From the human T2T-CHM13v2.0 reference genome, Homo sapiens, in assembly GCF_009914755.1 (NCBI RefSeq), contig NC_060928.1: 64,000 bases of DNA; one strand, written 5' to 3'. Positions 1 to 14,969 of the stretch are shown in pieces (within the stretch, counting starts at the first letter, position 1; each line of letters begins with the position of its first letter). The position numbers and the translations under genes were made by a program. Under the pieces are notes generated by a model that was not told where the DNA came from, searched no databases, and saw nothing but the letters and a program-made list of their open reading frames with translations.

Positions 1-159
1 CTCAGTCTCCTCTTCCAGTGTCCATTAATCAACCAACACTTTTAAAGCATCTAGTATGGATTCTGTGAACTGTGGGGAAGTAAGGGCATGGTGTCTGCTC
101 TTAAGGTATTTATGGGTTATCTGGGGAGATGGATATATGAGTGTAAATCATGACAGTAG

Positions 160-345
160 TTAGCATGTATTGGGGATGCATTGAGTACTTCCCGTGTGCC
201 AGGCGCTATTCCTCCTAACAACCCAATCGGGTAGGTACTATATTATCATCTCCATTTCACAGACGTTTTAGAGAGGTCACTCTCCCCAGGTCACATAGTG
301 TGCAGCAGTCAGGTTATGATGCAGATCTGTCAGACTCCAGAGGAA
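160..345 (-). mobile_element. MIR SINE fragment
   Basis: Reverse complement of the MIR core (tattatcatctccatttcacag...ggtcacatag). Boundaries approximate. Confidence 0.7.
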
Positions 346-801
346 CTAGCAGCCTGTGCATGCCCCAATCAGGTACTATTCAGTGAAGGTGAGCGGCCGG
401 TTTCATTCTGCCTCAGTTCTCCTTGCCCTCTCTCTGAGAAGCAGGGATACTGTCGAGGGTCACATGTGAGAACTTTCATCAGCCACCGTTGCCCCCAGGT
501 ACCCTACAGAAGTTCTGTTTCTTCCCCTTCCTCTGTTCTGTCCTCAACAACGCGTCCCATTTAATTTCTCCTTAGACAATGTTTATCTTGTGGCATACAC
601 TTTGTCCTCTCCTTTGTGGTTTTATAATCCAAGTGGAGAGAAGAGACCTAATTTGAAACAGATAAATATCAAAGCAGAACTTCACCTTGTTGAAATGGGT
701 CTTGATCTTCTCTGAAATCCTTTCTTGAATGATTCACTGAAGAAAGTGTCTTCAATGATACATTCATCCTCTGATTTACATAGAGTAGTGACTTTCCTTA
801 C

Positions 802-1090
802 ATGCACTCAGGTAGAATCAAGGTTTTCCCAGTACCCTTTGGCAGGTCTGACGGCACAGGCATCTTCAGCTCAACTTGCCACATATGGTTGTTGAACTCC
901 CTCATGATGACTAAAGAACCAAACTTGCCTGGTTTTTCCAGGCAAGGCAACATTTTGATGTTTTTTAATAGTGTGAACACCTGCCAATAGGATTTTATGA
1001 GTATCATGGGGAGACGCATCCTCTGACCTGGCATATAATCTCACTTCTCTGGATGCTGGGCTAATTACATCAGCTCCGCTGGGCATGGGT
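802..1090 (-). other. Candidate minus-strand exon carrying a small ORF (MPGQRMRL...LPEC)
   Basis: Minus-strand acceptor catttccaatttAG (1092-1091) and donor TGCAT|GTAAGG (intron starts at 801), in non-repetitive sequence. The ORF stop lies inside the donor. Confidence 0.35.
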
Positions 1091-1329
1091 CTAAATTGGA
1101 AATGTTCTAGTGTTTGAAAAATTCCAGATTGATAGGACTTAACCCCAGGATGCTTTATGATGTATCCCTAGTTACCCTGGTTGGCAGAAATTGAAAAGGC
1201 CTGGAAATCCCTATTTACTATAAGTCCCTCTTCTCTTAACTGGAAAGATGGGCATTGGAAGACTTGCTACTAAGTTTTACTTTGAGCACCTCTCTTGGCA
1301 TCATTTATTACTAAAAATAATGGAAAAGA

Positions 1330-1465
1330 CAGAGTAGGTATTGGGAAGCCTGTTTTCTAGTTCTAGGCCTGCTACTAACCAGCCTTGGACCAATTATACC
1401 CACTTCCACCCATGTGAGCCTCAGTTTCCTCACCTATAAGGAAATAAAATAAGATTTGGACCAGA
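1330..1465 (+). mobile_element. MIR fragment
   Basis: gcctcagtttcctcacctataag core motif. Confidence 0.6.
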
Positions 1466-1924
1466 CCTGTGGTTTTAAAATCAGAGTACCCTGCTGTTTA
1501 AAAATCTTTTACATCTGGAGTTTTGTGTAAGGTTTTAGTTTACAGTTCACTGATAAACACTGTCATAAAGTCCCTGCTCTAGAGGCTTGCTGAGGTCCTG
1601 TTCCTCTTCAGCTTGAAAGATCTGCAATTCTATTAACACAGTTGGTGATAGCCATGTGCCTTGGGAATCACAGTTGTTTCATTTGGCTAGATTATTAATT
1701 GCAAGAGGAAAAGGAGTGGAAGACAAGATTGGAAATGAAATTTAAGTCCAGATTTGGGATTGCTATGGTGCTGTGAGACCAGGAATCTGGGCATTGTTTC
1801 ATTGGAATTTGGGAGCCACCAATGATTTTTGAGAGCAAAATTTTGTCAGTTATGTTTTACATGCAGCTGTGAGTACAGGGACCTGAGAAATAGTGGCTGA
1901 AGTACAGATGAGTTATTCTCATGT

Positions 1925-2110
1925 ACAAGACTCTGGAGTTGGGCAGTTCAGAGCAGGTGTGTCAGCTCCATGCAGTCATGCAGGGATCCAGGCTTCTCCT
2001 ATTTTTCTGCTTTTCTGTTCTAGTGGAACAGGCTTTAAACTTCAGTTACCTCATGGTCTGAAATGACTGCTGGACCGACCCACCATGCTTGCATTGCAGG
2101 ATAGAAGAAG
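1925..2110. mobile_element. Old MaLR (MLT1-like) LTR fragment
   Basis: cagggatccaggcttct...cctcatggtctgaaatgactgctgg resembles MLT1 LTR sequence. Confidence 0.4.
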
Positions 2111-2119
2111 GAGGAAGAA

Positions 2120-2279
<160 letters not shown>

Positions 2280-2334
2280 TTATCATTATTATTATTTTTA
2301 CATTTCATTGGCCAGAATGTGAGTCACAATATAG

Positions 2335-2646
<312 letters not shown>

Positions 2647-2879
2647 TAGACTTTATTATGAGCAGCAGTGTGACTCAGTTGAAAGTAAGAGTTCTGTTCT
2701 GGGGTCTCCCATACAGGTGAGAAATGACTGGAACTCAGCTTTGGATTCATTTCTTCAGTGGCAGTAGATGGAAAACTATGGTCTACCTGGAGGGAATGAG
2801 GGCCTGAAATGGAGTGACCATGGGAACATGGGTAGGTTACAGAAGGGAAAGCCAATGCAGAGGAGGGCCGACAGGATTC

Positions 2880-3095
2880 TCCAGGTGTGATGGGATTTGC
2901 CAGCTGGCGTGAGGGAGTGGGAGGATACAAAAATCACATCTAGCTTGGGAACCATGTGAAGAGGATGCTGGTGATGCCATTGACTGAAGTAAGGACGTTG
3001 GAGTTTTAGGGAAGAAGGTAATGAATTAGGTTTTGGACATGTTGAGTTTGTCCAACAAACTGCAGTTTATTTGCACCAGGACTGGAGCTTGGGGA
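2880..3095 (-). mobile_element. L2 fragment
   Basis: gatgccattgactgaag...ggttttggacatgttgagttt, typical antisense L2. Confidence 0.6.
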
Positions 3096-3917
3096 AGTTT
3101 GTATTGTACATTTCTAAGTAAATATAAAGTTGACCTTTTTTTAATCTTAATGTCTCAGATGCTTTATTGGGCTTCATAAGTTGTTACTTAGGGGACTCTG
3201 TTAATCATAATGGAGTAAGGCAATAGGTTTACCTTTTCTCTTCTCTGCTGGACCCAAACTCCAGAGAACTTCTTTCCCACCATTGGGCTTAAGGATCCTG
3301 AGAGTCATGACAAAGATGATGTTCCAGGAAAATGCCTATTTCTTAAAAGGACTTTTGCCCAGAATACCTATGTGTTCTTCCACCCCAATGAGCTCAAATG
3401 TGAACAAAGCAGAAAGCTCTTCAATTGTAGTCCAGAGGCATTTCTTAGTAGCATCCCTTATTTCCTTTTTGCTCTGAGCCTCAACCTGGCTCCACTTGAT
3501 CTTTCCTGTCTCGGACCCATTGTTTGAGTGCAACAGACTAAGTGAGGGCTGCCCCATGTATTAAAGAGGGATGTAAGTAGAGAGTCATAGTCAGCATCCC
3601 TAGGTCCAGGAGAAAAGCTTATAATGGAAATATGGAAGTGAGGGTGAAATTGGATGGGGCTTGGGGACACATAGCAAGGTTAATAGTAATGGTGGTCAAG
3701 AGACTAAGAATTAAGGCAAGGGCTCTTGAGCTCTGGCAGCAGACTTTAAGTCCATGAACATGGGGCATTATGGAGAAATCTTCTAGTGTATCTTGCCTAG
3801 GTAAAAGCAGCTCCTTAAGTGAGAAAATCTGGGTCAGATAATGCCAAGGAAAGGCCTCAAAAAAGACATGTTCAGCAAGAGAAGAGAGAGTAGTCTCTGC
3901 CCAGTCTGTGTGTAATG

Positions 3918-3985
3918 TATAGTGTTAGTTACTAGTATGCCTAGATAATAACACTATAGATCCTAGATACTAACACTATAGATCC
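3918..3985. repeat. 22-bp tandem duplication preceded by an inverted copy
   Basis: cctagata(a/c)taacactatagat x2 (3940-3983); 3918-3935 is a near reverse complement of the unit. Confidence 0.85.
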
Positions 3986-4100
3986 AATGTAGGTTGGAAT
4001 AGCCTTTTCCTTCAGATTTTTGAAGGCATTCAAATTTTGCTTGCCTGATGTTGTTCACTTGCCTGATGGCTCCAGGTATTGCTGCTGAGGGGTGGGATAG

Positions 4101-4553
<453 letters not shown>

Positions 4554-5742
4554 TGATGGGGAATTTTCTCACATTATTTCTTTGATAATTTCTTCCATGA
4601 TATCGTCTTTTCTCTCTTTCTGGGAATCCTGTTAGTCACATGCTGCATCTCCTAGACATTTTTTTTCTCCAAATTTTCATCCCTTTTCCTTTTATTCTGA
4701 GGATCTTAGTATTGCCTTCTCTATAAGGTTTTAAGTTGCCTTATAAATGCAATTTTTCCCCCTATTGTTATCAGAAGGATGGCTATGGTCCCCCACGAGT
4801 GGAGATGGGAATTGGAAAGTTTGATTTGGAAGCATTCTGAATTTTCCCCTCACTTGTAGCTAGTCATCACCCACATGGTTCTAGTTTTCCATGTGATTTG
4901 ACACAACTGAAGTTCAGTGGCTCCTTGGATTGCTGAAATGAAATGGAGGCCTTCTTTGCAACCTGAGCTCTTCTAGCTTTCTGTTTCTCTGTGTCTTAGA
5001 ACAGAAGTTCATGTTTTGGGTCAGTAATGTAAGTAAGAAATTGAAGAAGTAGATGATTACAAATGAATAACCTGTTGTTAGTAGTGTACATAGGGTGGTT
5101 TTAGATCTATGTAGATCATGATGATTTGGTTGTGTGGCTTCGGCAGCCAACCACCTAAATTACTTGAATGAAGCTTCTTTCCTGAAAGGAGCTTGGATTC
5201 ATCTGAATTTCAGAGTACTTTCATTTGAATATCCTGTCAGCATAATTCAAATTTTAAAATGCTTGCTTGGGTATTGTATTTTTTAAATAGAATTTTAGCA
5301 TTTAACAACATAAACCAAAATAATCTTCTCCTTCCACCTCTCCACTGAACCTGTAGAGAGTCAAGGCCTTGTCTGAGTCCTGTGTTCTTGCCTTCCCTGT
5401 GGCTGCTGGTTCTAACCCAACTCCAGCCCCTTAGCAAGTGCTCTCCTCCTTTGAGCCTGTGCTGCTATTACACACCAGGCTCGCCCATTTCCTAGGGTGT
5501 CTCTTGCTGCCTTCCATCCCCCTCCACTTCACCCTAACCCTCTTCCTCTTTCTCGCACTCTCTCATTTGGTGTTTCTCAGTGGGGTTTGTGGATGTCCCG
5601 CATCAGAACCACCTGGGGTCTGGCCAGGCCGACTGGATCTGAACCTCTGGGGAAGGGGTGGGAGCTGCAGAGGGGTCTGTTTGTTTTTCAAGCCCTCCTG
5701 GAGATTCTCTCACTCACCAGAGTTCAAGAGGCACTGCTCTAA

Positions 5743-5875
5743 TTTTTTTTTTCTTCTTTTAGAGGCTGGGTCTCACTATGTTGCTTAGGCTGGTCTTGAA
5801 CTCCTGGCCTCAAGCTATTGTCCGGCCTCAGTCTCTGAGTGGTTGGGATTACAGGCAGAACAACTGTGCCCGGCT
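5743..5875 (-). mobile_element. FLAM (free left Alu monomer)
   Basis: Monomeric Alu left arm with its own T tail and TSD CACTGCTCTAATT. Confidence 0.85.
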
Positions 5876-8800
5876 CACACTGCTCTAATTCCTGATACCC
5901 ACCCAGCTAAGTTCCTGATTCTGCTTTACACCCTTTGCCCTTTCTCTTAGGGAGTTCATACTCTCCAGCAGGCTTTGTTCTTCTGCTACCCAGAGGCCCC
6001 CCTCCAGCTCCCACCTCTTATCTAGCATCCAGCCTTCTATTTGCAGTTATTCCCAGGGAAACTCCTGCATGCTGGGTGTGACCACCCACACTTGTCATCT
6101 CTTGGAACAACATCCCCAGGAGGTAGGTATTTTTCTATCAGGTTATTTTGTAAATGAGGACATAGAGACTAAGAGGGATATATGTATGGTGATATTTGCT
6201 TTGTTAGAGGGAATAATAATAAATGTACATTGAATACTTGGATGAGAGAATGATTCACCTTGAATATACTATCTTTGTAGACTTGATATGAAACTTGGGT
6301 TTGTTGTTCTTTCTTACCTTACTTCTACTAGAACCACTGGGAGGCAGGAGAGGGGGAAAGAGATGAAAAATGCTGTGCAAAAGTTCTGCATTAACAATGA
6401 GAATAAAAAACCTGTGGGAACCTCCCTAAAAAATGACAGGGCTAACCAGGAGTGCCCTAACTGCAACTTTGCCCAATAGCATTTTCTTTTTTTTTTTTTG
6501 AATTGTGTGGTGTTCATTGACTGTTGATTATTACAGAACTGGGTCAGTTGGAGGTCAGGGAGGCAGGGAAGGGGTAAGCTGTGGGCTGAGAGATGAAACA
6601 AGCGGTTCTACCAATCCATGTGAAACCTTTAGGGAGAATGTAGGGCTTTAAAAAACACATTTGGGAAATTTTCTTTATAAAATTATCAGAAGAGTAGATC
6701 ACTGCCCTGTTTACACTTTGCATATGCAACAATACAAATGTAGAAAAATAACCCATTATGAGAAAGCAGTGAAAATAATTGCACATTAAGAGAGTTAGGT
6801 CACTGCTGGCCAGATCTGGCTATGATTTGCATCAGTTTTAGTTTTTCCGAAAGGAATGTTTGATCCAACAGAAAATGGGCTTTGAGTGTGCCAGAGCTCC
6901 TCTTTCTTCTCCTGCCCCCTCCTCTTCCCAGGTTGACGATGGATCCCCCAAGGCACTTGTTGCTTCCTCCAAAGGAGCTCCCCATTACAGCTGGAAGAGA
7001 GGCTTGTTTCTCCAGCTGTCTAACCTTTAGTTTTATCTGCCTCTTGTTGACCTCTTAGTTTTATAATGAGTCAGTTTATTTGCTTGTACAAATTGAGTTT
7101 TCTTAGAAATATAACAGTTAGAAAGAGGCCAATGTTTTGTTTCCCCTTATGAAGGAGAAGTAGCTATGGGACCGGGCACGGCTGAGGCTGTTCATTCCAT
7201 GCCAGTCCCTGTTGTTGGTTTATTTTAGTACCACGTAGTGAAGCCTTGTGGGCAGAGAAATATTGTCTCCCTTGTCGGAGGTAGAAATATCTGCAGGGTT
7301 TACAAGCTAATTACTTCTCGATTCCCTGGGAGTTCTAAGAATTTGCTTAGCAACTGGCCTGACCAGTCTCCCCCAGCTGCCCCCCAACATGACTACACTT
7401 ACTGGTGGGGCTGATGGAGCAGTTTTCGAACTAAACAAGGATTAAGCATTTTGTGAAAATGGTGCCAGTCTTTTCCTCGATGGGACCTGAGCCTGTAACC
7501 TAGTCCAACAAAACGAGGGAGAACAAGCCAAAAAAAACCTTTTTAAGAAACAACACAGGCAGTAGGAAATCATACTGGTCAGGGCTTGTTTTCCTGGCGT
7601 GGGGCCTCATTCCAACCTGTTGCAATCAGCTCTAGAGTGTCTATAGGGACACCCTGGTGCAGGGGCCCCGCGGAGGAAAGGAACTTTTACATTTCTGTTT
7701 GACTGGGCTGCTTGCCAGGGACTAAGTTCAAAGTGCAGTTTCCAGTAATTTGCTGAGACTTCTCTGTGGGTTTGATAGGCCAGGACAGAAGCCTGCAAGC
7801 CGAAGTAATATTTCCTGATTTCTGTCATTCCTTAAGAAGAGAAGGAAGGTTGTTGAGGGACTAGGGATTGGAGAATTTGTTGGCTCTGAGAGCAGATCGG
7901 ACCCCCACTTCCCCCTGTCGACCCCAGCCCCTTCTCCTCAATCCCGTCTAGGGCCATTGGCAGCCTGGCACTAGATGGAATCACACGGGCTCCCTCTCAG
8001 AGCAAACGTGAGGTATGCATTCCATGAGCCAGCGAAAGCCTGCATTGATTTACTGCATGCTAGCATTATTTGGAGCTATAAAGTTGTCGAGTAATGGCAA
8101 TATGTTCTTGTTTTCTCATATCTGTAGGATGAAAGTGAACATTTTTATAATCCTTCTCTCCTCACCACATTTAGTTCCTGGTGTTAAACATGTGGGCTTG
8201 ATTAAAGGGGAAAAAGAACTACAAAAAGTTAGATTTTTACATTCCTCTCTTACAATGCCTCATTCCCTCAACCATCCCCTTCCCAGAACACTGATGGCAA
8301 GGCCCACATTCTTGTCATTTCCTCTTTGTCTCTCCCCTTCTCCCTGCCCTGTGTCTATCAGAGGGCTCGATGCATAATAATTCAAAATGAATCTTTATTA
8401 AATGAAGGGGTAGGTAGTGGTGGAATCTCACTTCAAAGAAGGGTTGGGTAGAATGATATCGTTTCTATGTCTCGTAGAGGCTCACAGGAATAGTGCTTTA
8501 TTGATTTTGGTTACAACTGCTTTTCTACAGCAAGAAATTGTGTTGCAAAAATGTTTGCTGTGGTCCCCATATCAGTCACTCTTTACATGGAAAGGACTCA
8601 GTTAAGCATGAAAGACATTAGGAATTGGGGAGAGAACAGAGAGGTAGTGGAGCACAGCTGAACTCTCCAAGATTCTTTAGCCCTGTCATCAAGTTGCAGT
8701 CACCTTTTATTATGATCACTCACTACCTCAAACATCTGTATACCCAAACCAAAGCAAACCCCAGGAATACACAAAGAGGGTGGCGTAAAAGGGGTAAATA

Positions 8801-9337
8801 GCCTGTAGGAGTTACTTCCTTCTTCCCCGACAAAGTTCCTTGACTTACTTCCTTAGTTCTCCTGCAATATACTTTTCATTCGCTAATGTGCCTCTGAAAG
8901 ACTGACTATATGTGCTGCTTTTCCTCTAGCCTGGAAACCGAATTATAGCAATTTAACATTATAACATAATTCTACTGCAATAAAGCAATTTGGGGCTGGT
9001 GGTAGTGATGGAGTGGATGTTGGCGGCAGTGGGAGCAGATAATTTATTAGAAGGGAATTTTTCTGCATCTGTTTAAGAAATGCCAGGATAAAGCCATGTT
9101 AGTATGAAATCTTATTTAAATATTTTTATTTGAGGATTGGAACCATGTGAAACCATCTATATATGTATCTATGTGATGCCGAAAGAACTAGTTAAAGGTT
9201 TTAAAAAAGGAGACTTTTTCATTATTTGAACTTGTATTACACAAATAATGGTTTATGTACTTAATTGGCTTTTAAAAAACCTATGTGAATGAATTGACTA
9301 TTTGCTTTTTACAATGTGAAGTTAAAAAACGAGTCTC

Positions 9338-9493
9338 AGCTAGGTGCAGAGTGAGCCTGTAGTCCCAGCTACTTGGGAGGCTGAAACAGGAGGATTACTG
9401 GAGGCTAGGAGTTTGAGGCTGCTGTGATCGTTCCTATGAATAGCTACTGCATGCCAGCTTGGGCAACATAGCGAGACCCTGTCTAAAAAAAAA
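9338..9493 (+). mobile_element. FAM-like fossil Alu monomer (7SL-derived)
   Basis: Monomer retaining the 7SL/FAM-type 'cctatgaatagctactgc' segment; TSD ~AAAA(C)GAGTCTCA / AAAAGTCTCA. Confidence 0.75.
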
Positions 9494-10329
9494 GTCTCAA
9501 ATATTTCAGTAATCTTTAGCTATGAAAAAAAAACTGTGACAAATTGTCTATAAAACCAAGCACCTAGCTGACTCTGTAGGTAGGTTTCAGGGAAAAGGAG
9601 AGCAAAGAAAGATGAATTTAAAAATTATACTTGGCCGCTGATGGTCCACACCATGGTGTAATGAAATTGGGTAATTTAGATTCTTGAGTAAAGACAATTT
9701 TCTCATCATCAGACAGGTCTCTTGAGGAGGGACATGGATTTCCCAACATATATCTGACTACTACACATCTCTGTTCAAAAGAATACAGACATCTATCTGC
9801 AAAAGATCGTGGCCTTAAAATTGGTTTAAAGCATGTATTACTTCCTGCCAGTTCCTGTATGTGCTTGTGATTGGGGGATAAGATTAACTGCATCCTGCCT
9901 CCTATATCTATAATGTTAGGCATTTGACATTTATGGAGATAACATTGGCAGCTTCATCTGTTCATAAGGCATCCTAAAGGTCCATCATATTATAATTTGC
10001 AATATCCATGGCACCCAAAACTCTGAAATTTCATCTTGTGTGTGGCAGCAAGCCCTTGTGCAGTGAATAAACTACCCAGCCACCTTAGTGGTCACACCTC
10101 AGCACGACTGTTGTTCTTCACACATCCTGATAGATGCAGCCAGTACTCTGCTGGAGTGATCAACATTTGGTTCCTTTGTGAAAAGTGACCTCTAAACAAA
10201 GTCACTTGAGACTTTCTTCAATGGAAATGACAAATGAAGGCTGAAGATATGAAAGTTCTTAGTGAGAAAATACTTTTACACACTTTTAAATTCTGTATTT
10301 TAAATTTCATTAACTTATTAACAGGCCTA

Positions 10330-10640
<311 letters not shown>

Positions 10641-11269
10641 CCTACAGGGTCACTTACACCTAGACTTTTCAAATATACTTTCCTATAAGGAAGAGGATGT
10701 TATGTGATAGTGATATTTGAAAATTTGAAAATTTTTATGTTACATGAACTGCTTGGGGTCATACAGTTTTTCTTTTTTGTTATGCTTAGGATATCATGGA
10801 CCATATTTTTGAAACTATCATGTTGTAAAAAAATTAATAAATATTTTGACTTTTTTTGGGTAAGGACTATCACAGACCTTTAACATTTAAATGATCAGTA
10901 TTGAAGTGAGTGACAAACAGTATATTTACAGTAGCACAAAGCTATATGCAGCGGGTAGTAAATGAATGGGTGTGTCTTGATTAGAAAAACTCAGAAATGA
11001 AAAGCATTAGGAGCCAATTATTCATATTACTAAAGCATTTTCTCTCTGCAGCAGAGGGCTGGCTGCAGGTTGTGTTTCAGGTATGGGTGGCATTTCTTTG
11101 GTTCTTTGTTCTGCCAAATCAGTACTGACCACTCCCAAGCAGCCCTTCATTTTTACCCCATATCCAACTCTTTTTTTTCTGTTGGGCTCCTTTCTTCCGA
11201 TTCAGTGATCTCAAAGCCAGGCTAACAACTGGGTGGGAAGAAGGAGGGAACCAAAATGAAATAAATGCC

Positions 11270-11455
11270 TTCCCTGTTTTACATACATGATCTCATTTCA
11301 CCTTCATAAACCCCTCAGAAGTGAGGTACTGATAACACCCCATTTTGCAGATGAAGCTCAGGAATATTAGGTAACTTGCTCTAAGCCACACAGCAAGAAT
11401 GTAGAGGGATTTACACCCTGGTTTGTGCAGCTATGAGGACGGAGCTCTTGCTCCT
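11270..11455 (-). mobile_element. MIR fragment
   Basis: cccattttgcagatgaagctcag...taacttgctctaagccacacagc. Confidence 0.7.
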
Positions 11456-12374
11456 TCCCTGCAGCTTCCAACTAGGGGGAATTTAGCCTGTTTGTGATTT
11501 GGTGAAGGTCATTTTGTTGCCTTGTCCCTTGTCCCCTTAAGGACGGACCACATTGCTTCATTTTTAGTGACTTTCCCTGATACATTGAAAATATGTTTGA
11601 ATTAAGGACTATATCTATGGCATAAAGCAAGGAACATCTGATTACTTTTTCCCTGTGACTATGAATGCTAGAGTTCAAGGATCACACAGTAAATGCACTT
11701 CCAGCAAAACTTTTTAATGACTGTCACCTTATTCTTTATTTTCAAAATAATCCTCAGATATTTTAGTCAAAAAGCTGTACATGTAGGCTGTAACTAAATT
11801 TATCACTATGCTCTTTGTGAAAATTTTTCAATTCAAAGTTTCATCCTCCTCCCCATCCTCAATAAATTTAATACGCCCATTACTTACTAACTGGGGATAG
11901 AAATAGCAAGTCATTATGATGTCTGTATTAACATCCAAAGCACACTGGGTTTCTTCTAGGATTTCCATATCTATTATTCTTAAAACATATAACTTTTAAA
12001 ACGCAAATGGTTTTCCCAAGCCAATTCTCTAATCACAGACATAAATTTCACTCCATTAAGGAAAGGAAACCAGGCAGTATGACTAAAGTTAGGAATATGA
12101 TCAAATTTCAAGGGAGGAAAAACAAAGATTAGGCATGGAATTCTTTCCATTGCTTTTGCTTGTGAAACATGGTTAAAATAAAACCCTGCCTTCCTGCACA
12201 CAAAAAACGTGCAGACCTTTAAAGTGAGAGGTTAGATTTAGATATGGATGCTGTCATCCCCTCTCTCTGGATTGGCAGGGTATTCTGCAGAGAAGCCAGG
12301 TCTGAGTGCTGCCTCCTTGCTTTTCCTTAGAATGGGTGAAGGGGTCGGGAGACTGGTGAGAGCCAGACAGACGC

Positions 12375-12475
12375 TTCTCCTGTCTCTTTCTTAGGGTGGT
12401 TAGAAGTTATTCAGTTGCATTTTTCTCCTGTCTCTTTCTTAGGGTGGTTAGAAGTTATTCAGTTGCATTTTCTCC
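12375..12475. repeat. 48-bp perfect tandem duplication
   Basis: ttctcctgtctctttcttagggtggttagaagttattcagttgcattt at 12375 and 12423. Confidence 0.97.
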
Positions 12476-13065
12476 CATGAAATACCTGTTGCATATTTAC
12501 GAGTCCTTGAAATAATGACAGTCCCCTAGAACTGGTGATAACCAGGCAGGTCTATAAACAAGGAAAGGGGATGTGATGGGAAAGTCTAACTGCGTAGGCT
12601 ATGGGTGATAGATTCTGTGGTATTCTTTTGATGGCTACTCCTGAAAATACTTCAGCCTCTCAAGGGTTGTTTTTAATGTTTATCAAGATTTTTCTTTATA
12701 GGAGTCCCTTTCAACTTATTAGACTTGCTTCCTTGCTGTTTTCTAAAAATTAAATGTGATCCACTATCTTTAAGAAATGTTAACTCTTCCACTGTCTGTA
12801 CTAAGAACATGAGACAAGACCATTCTCTACCCCCCCGACTTATCGACAAGCAGCAAGCACATACATTTCTTTGAGAGTGTTCAGTGAGATGCACATTCTT
12901 GATTTCATATATATATATGTATAGAAAATGAGATTTACCTTGTAGCTGATATACATTTATGTTGAATTTGAAATAGGTCAGTATAGTTATTGAGAAGGAA
13001 GAATTTTTTCAAGTTCTCTTAGTATCATAGAAGGAAGACAAAAAAAGTTTATTTAAAAAAATCTA

Positions 13066-13446
<381 letters not shown>

Positions 13447-13599
13447 TTATTAAAAACTGAAAATATATCCTTTCAACCTAGCAATCTCATATTTGGAGGT
13501 CTATATCATATTAAAAATATCTATAGTTATTACCAAGTGGCTGCCTATATTGCATTACCCTATTTTAACTCTCTGTATATGACTTACCATTATCTCCTA

Positions 13600-13785
13600 T
13601 TTTTCATATTCTTCATTTATTCCCTCATTTGTTGATTGATTCATTCATTTATTGTCTTCCCACCAGAATGTGAGCTCTGTGAAAACAAGGACCTCATCTG
13701 TCTTATTCATCACTGGAACTCCAGCATCCAGAATAGTCCCTGGCACTGATGAGGCATTCAGTAAATATTAGTTGAATGAAAGAAA
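13600..13785 (+). mobile_element. L2 3' end
   Basis: ccagaatgtgagctc...cctggcac...gtaaatattagttgaatgaa. Confidence 0.75.
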
Positions 13786-13917
13786 TAAAAACACCCATAG
13801 ATCAGGATGTATGACCAAGGATATTTATTGCAGCAGTATTATGGTGGCAAAAATCCAGAATCAAAGAGAATGTCCATTAGTGAGGGGCTGATTAGGACCT
13901 ACACCACTACTGGGCTA

Positions 13918-14178
13918 AGCAGTGTGGCACAGTGGTTAATGGTATGGCTTTAGTGTCGGATGCCTGGGCTGTAATCCATTTCTGTGTTCATCTTAAACAT
14001 ACAATGAATGGTCCTGGGAAAGATGTTTAGCCCCTGTGTCTTAGTTTTCTCATCTATAAAACGAGGACAATAATGACACCAATCTCATAAGGTTTTGTGA
14101 GACTCAAATGAAATGATATAGGTAACATATATGGGAACAGTGCCTGGCACATTGTAACTCAATAAATAATAGTTATTC
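13918..14178 (+). mobile_element. MIR, near full length
   Basis: cagtggttaa...agtttttctcatctataaaa...aacagtgcctggcacattgtaactcaataaa. Confidence 0.85.
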
Positions 14179-14642
14179 TTACTTCATGAAATAGTAAAGA
14201 GAATGACTTAAAAATCACTTGGAGGCATTTTCATGGTGCATAAGTTAGTGGCCAACACACAATGGTAAAGCACATGTATTGCATGTTGCTTTTGTAAATC
14301 TGACAATGATAATAAAATAATCTCATATATATGTATATGATTGCTGTGTTTATAAGAGCGTAAATTTATGGAAGATATATATTAGGTATATCAATCTGGG
14401 TGTGGGAAGAGAGTTTGCAGCAAATCTCATGTCTGTTACCTTAATCTTCTCCTGTTTTGGAAAGATGAACTCAAATCTGAGGGATTATATGAACCAAAGG
14501 TGCTGTAAACATAGGCAAATGGACCACAAAATTCTTGAAAATTGGAGAGAAGGGAATATAAATACCTATATCCACAGATGATTCAGCCATAGGAGACTAT
14601 ATGGACCCCAAATCTAGAAAAAGTTTTAAAATACCACTTTAC

Positions 14643-14956
<314 letters not shown>

Positions 14957-14969
14957 TACCAGTTTACTC

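Noticed and set aside
11052-11080. Possible microexon (ctctctgcAG...CAG|gtatgg)
   Set aside because: Weak donor and no supporting context; such sites are frequent by chance
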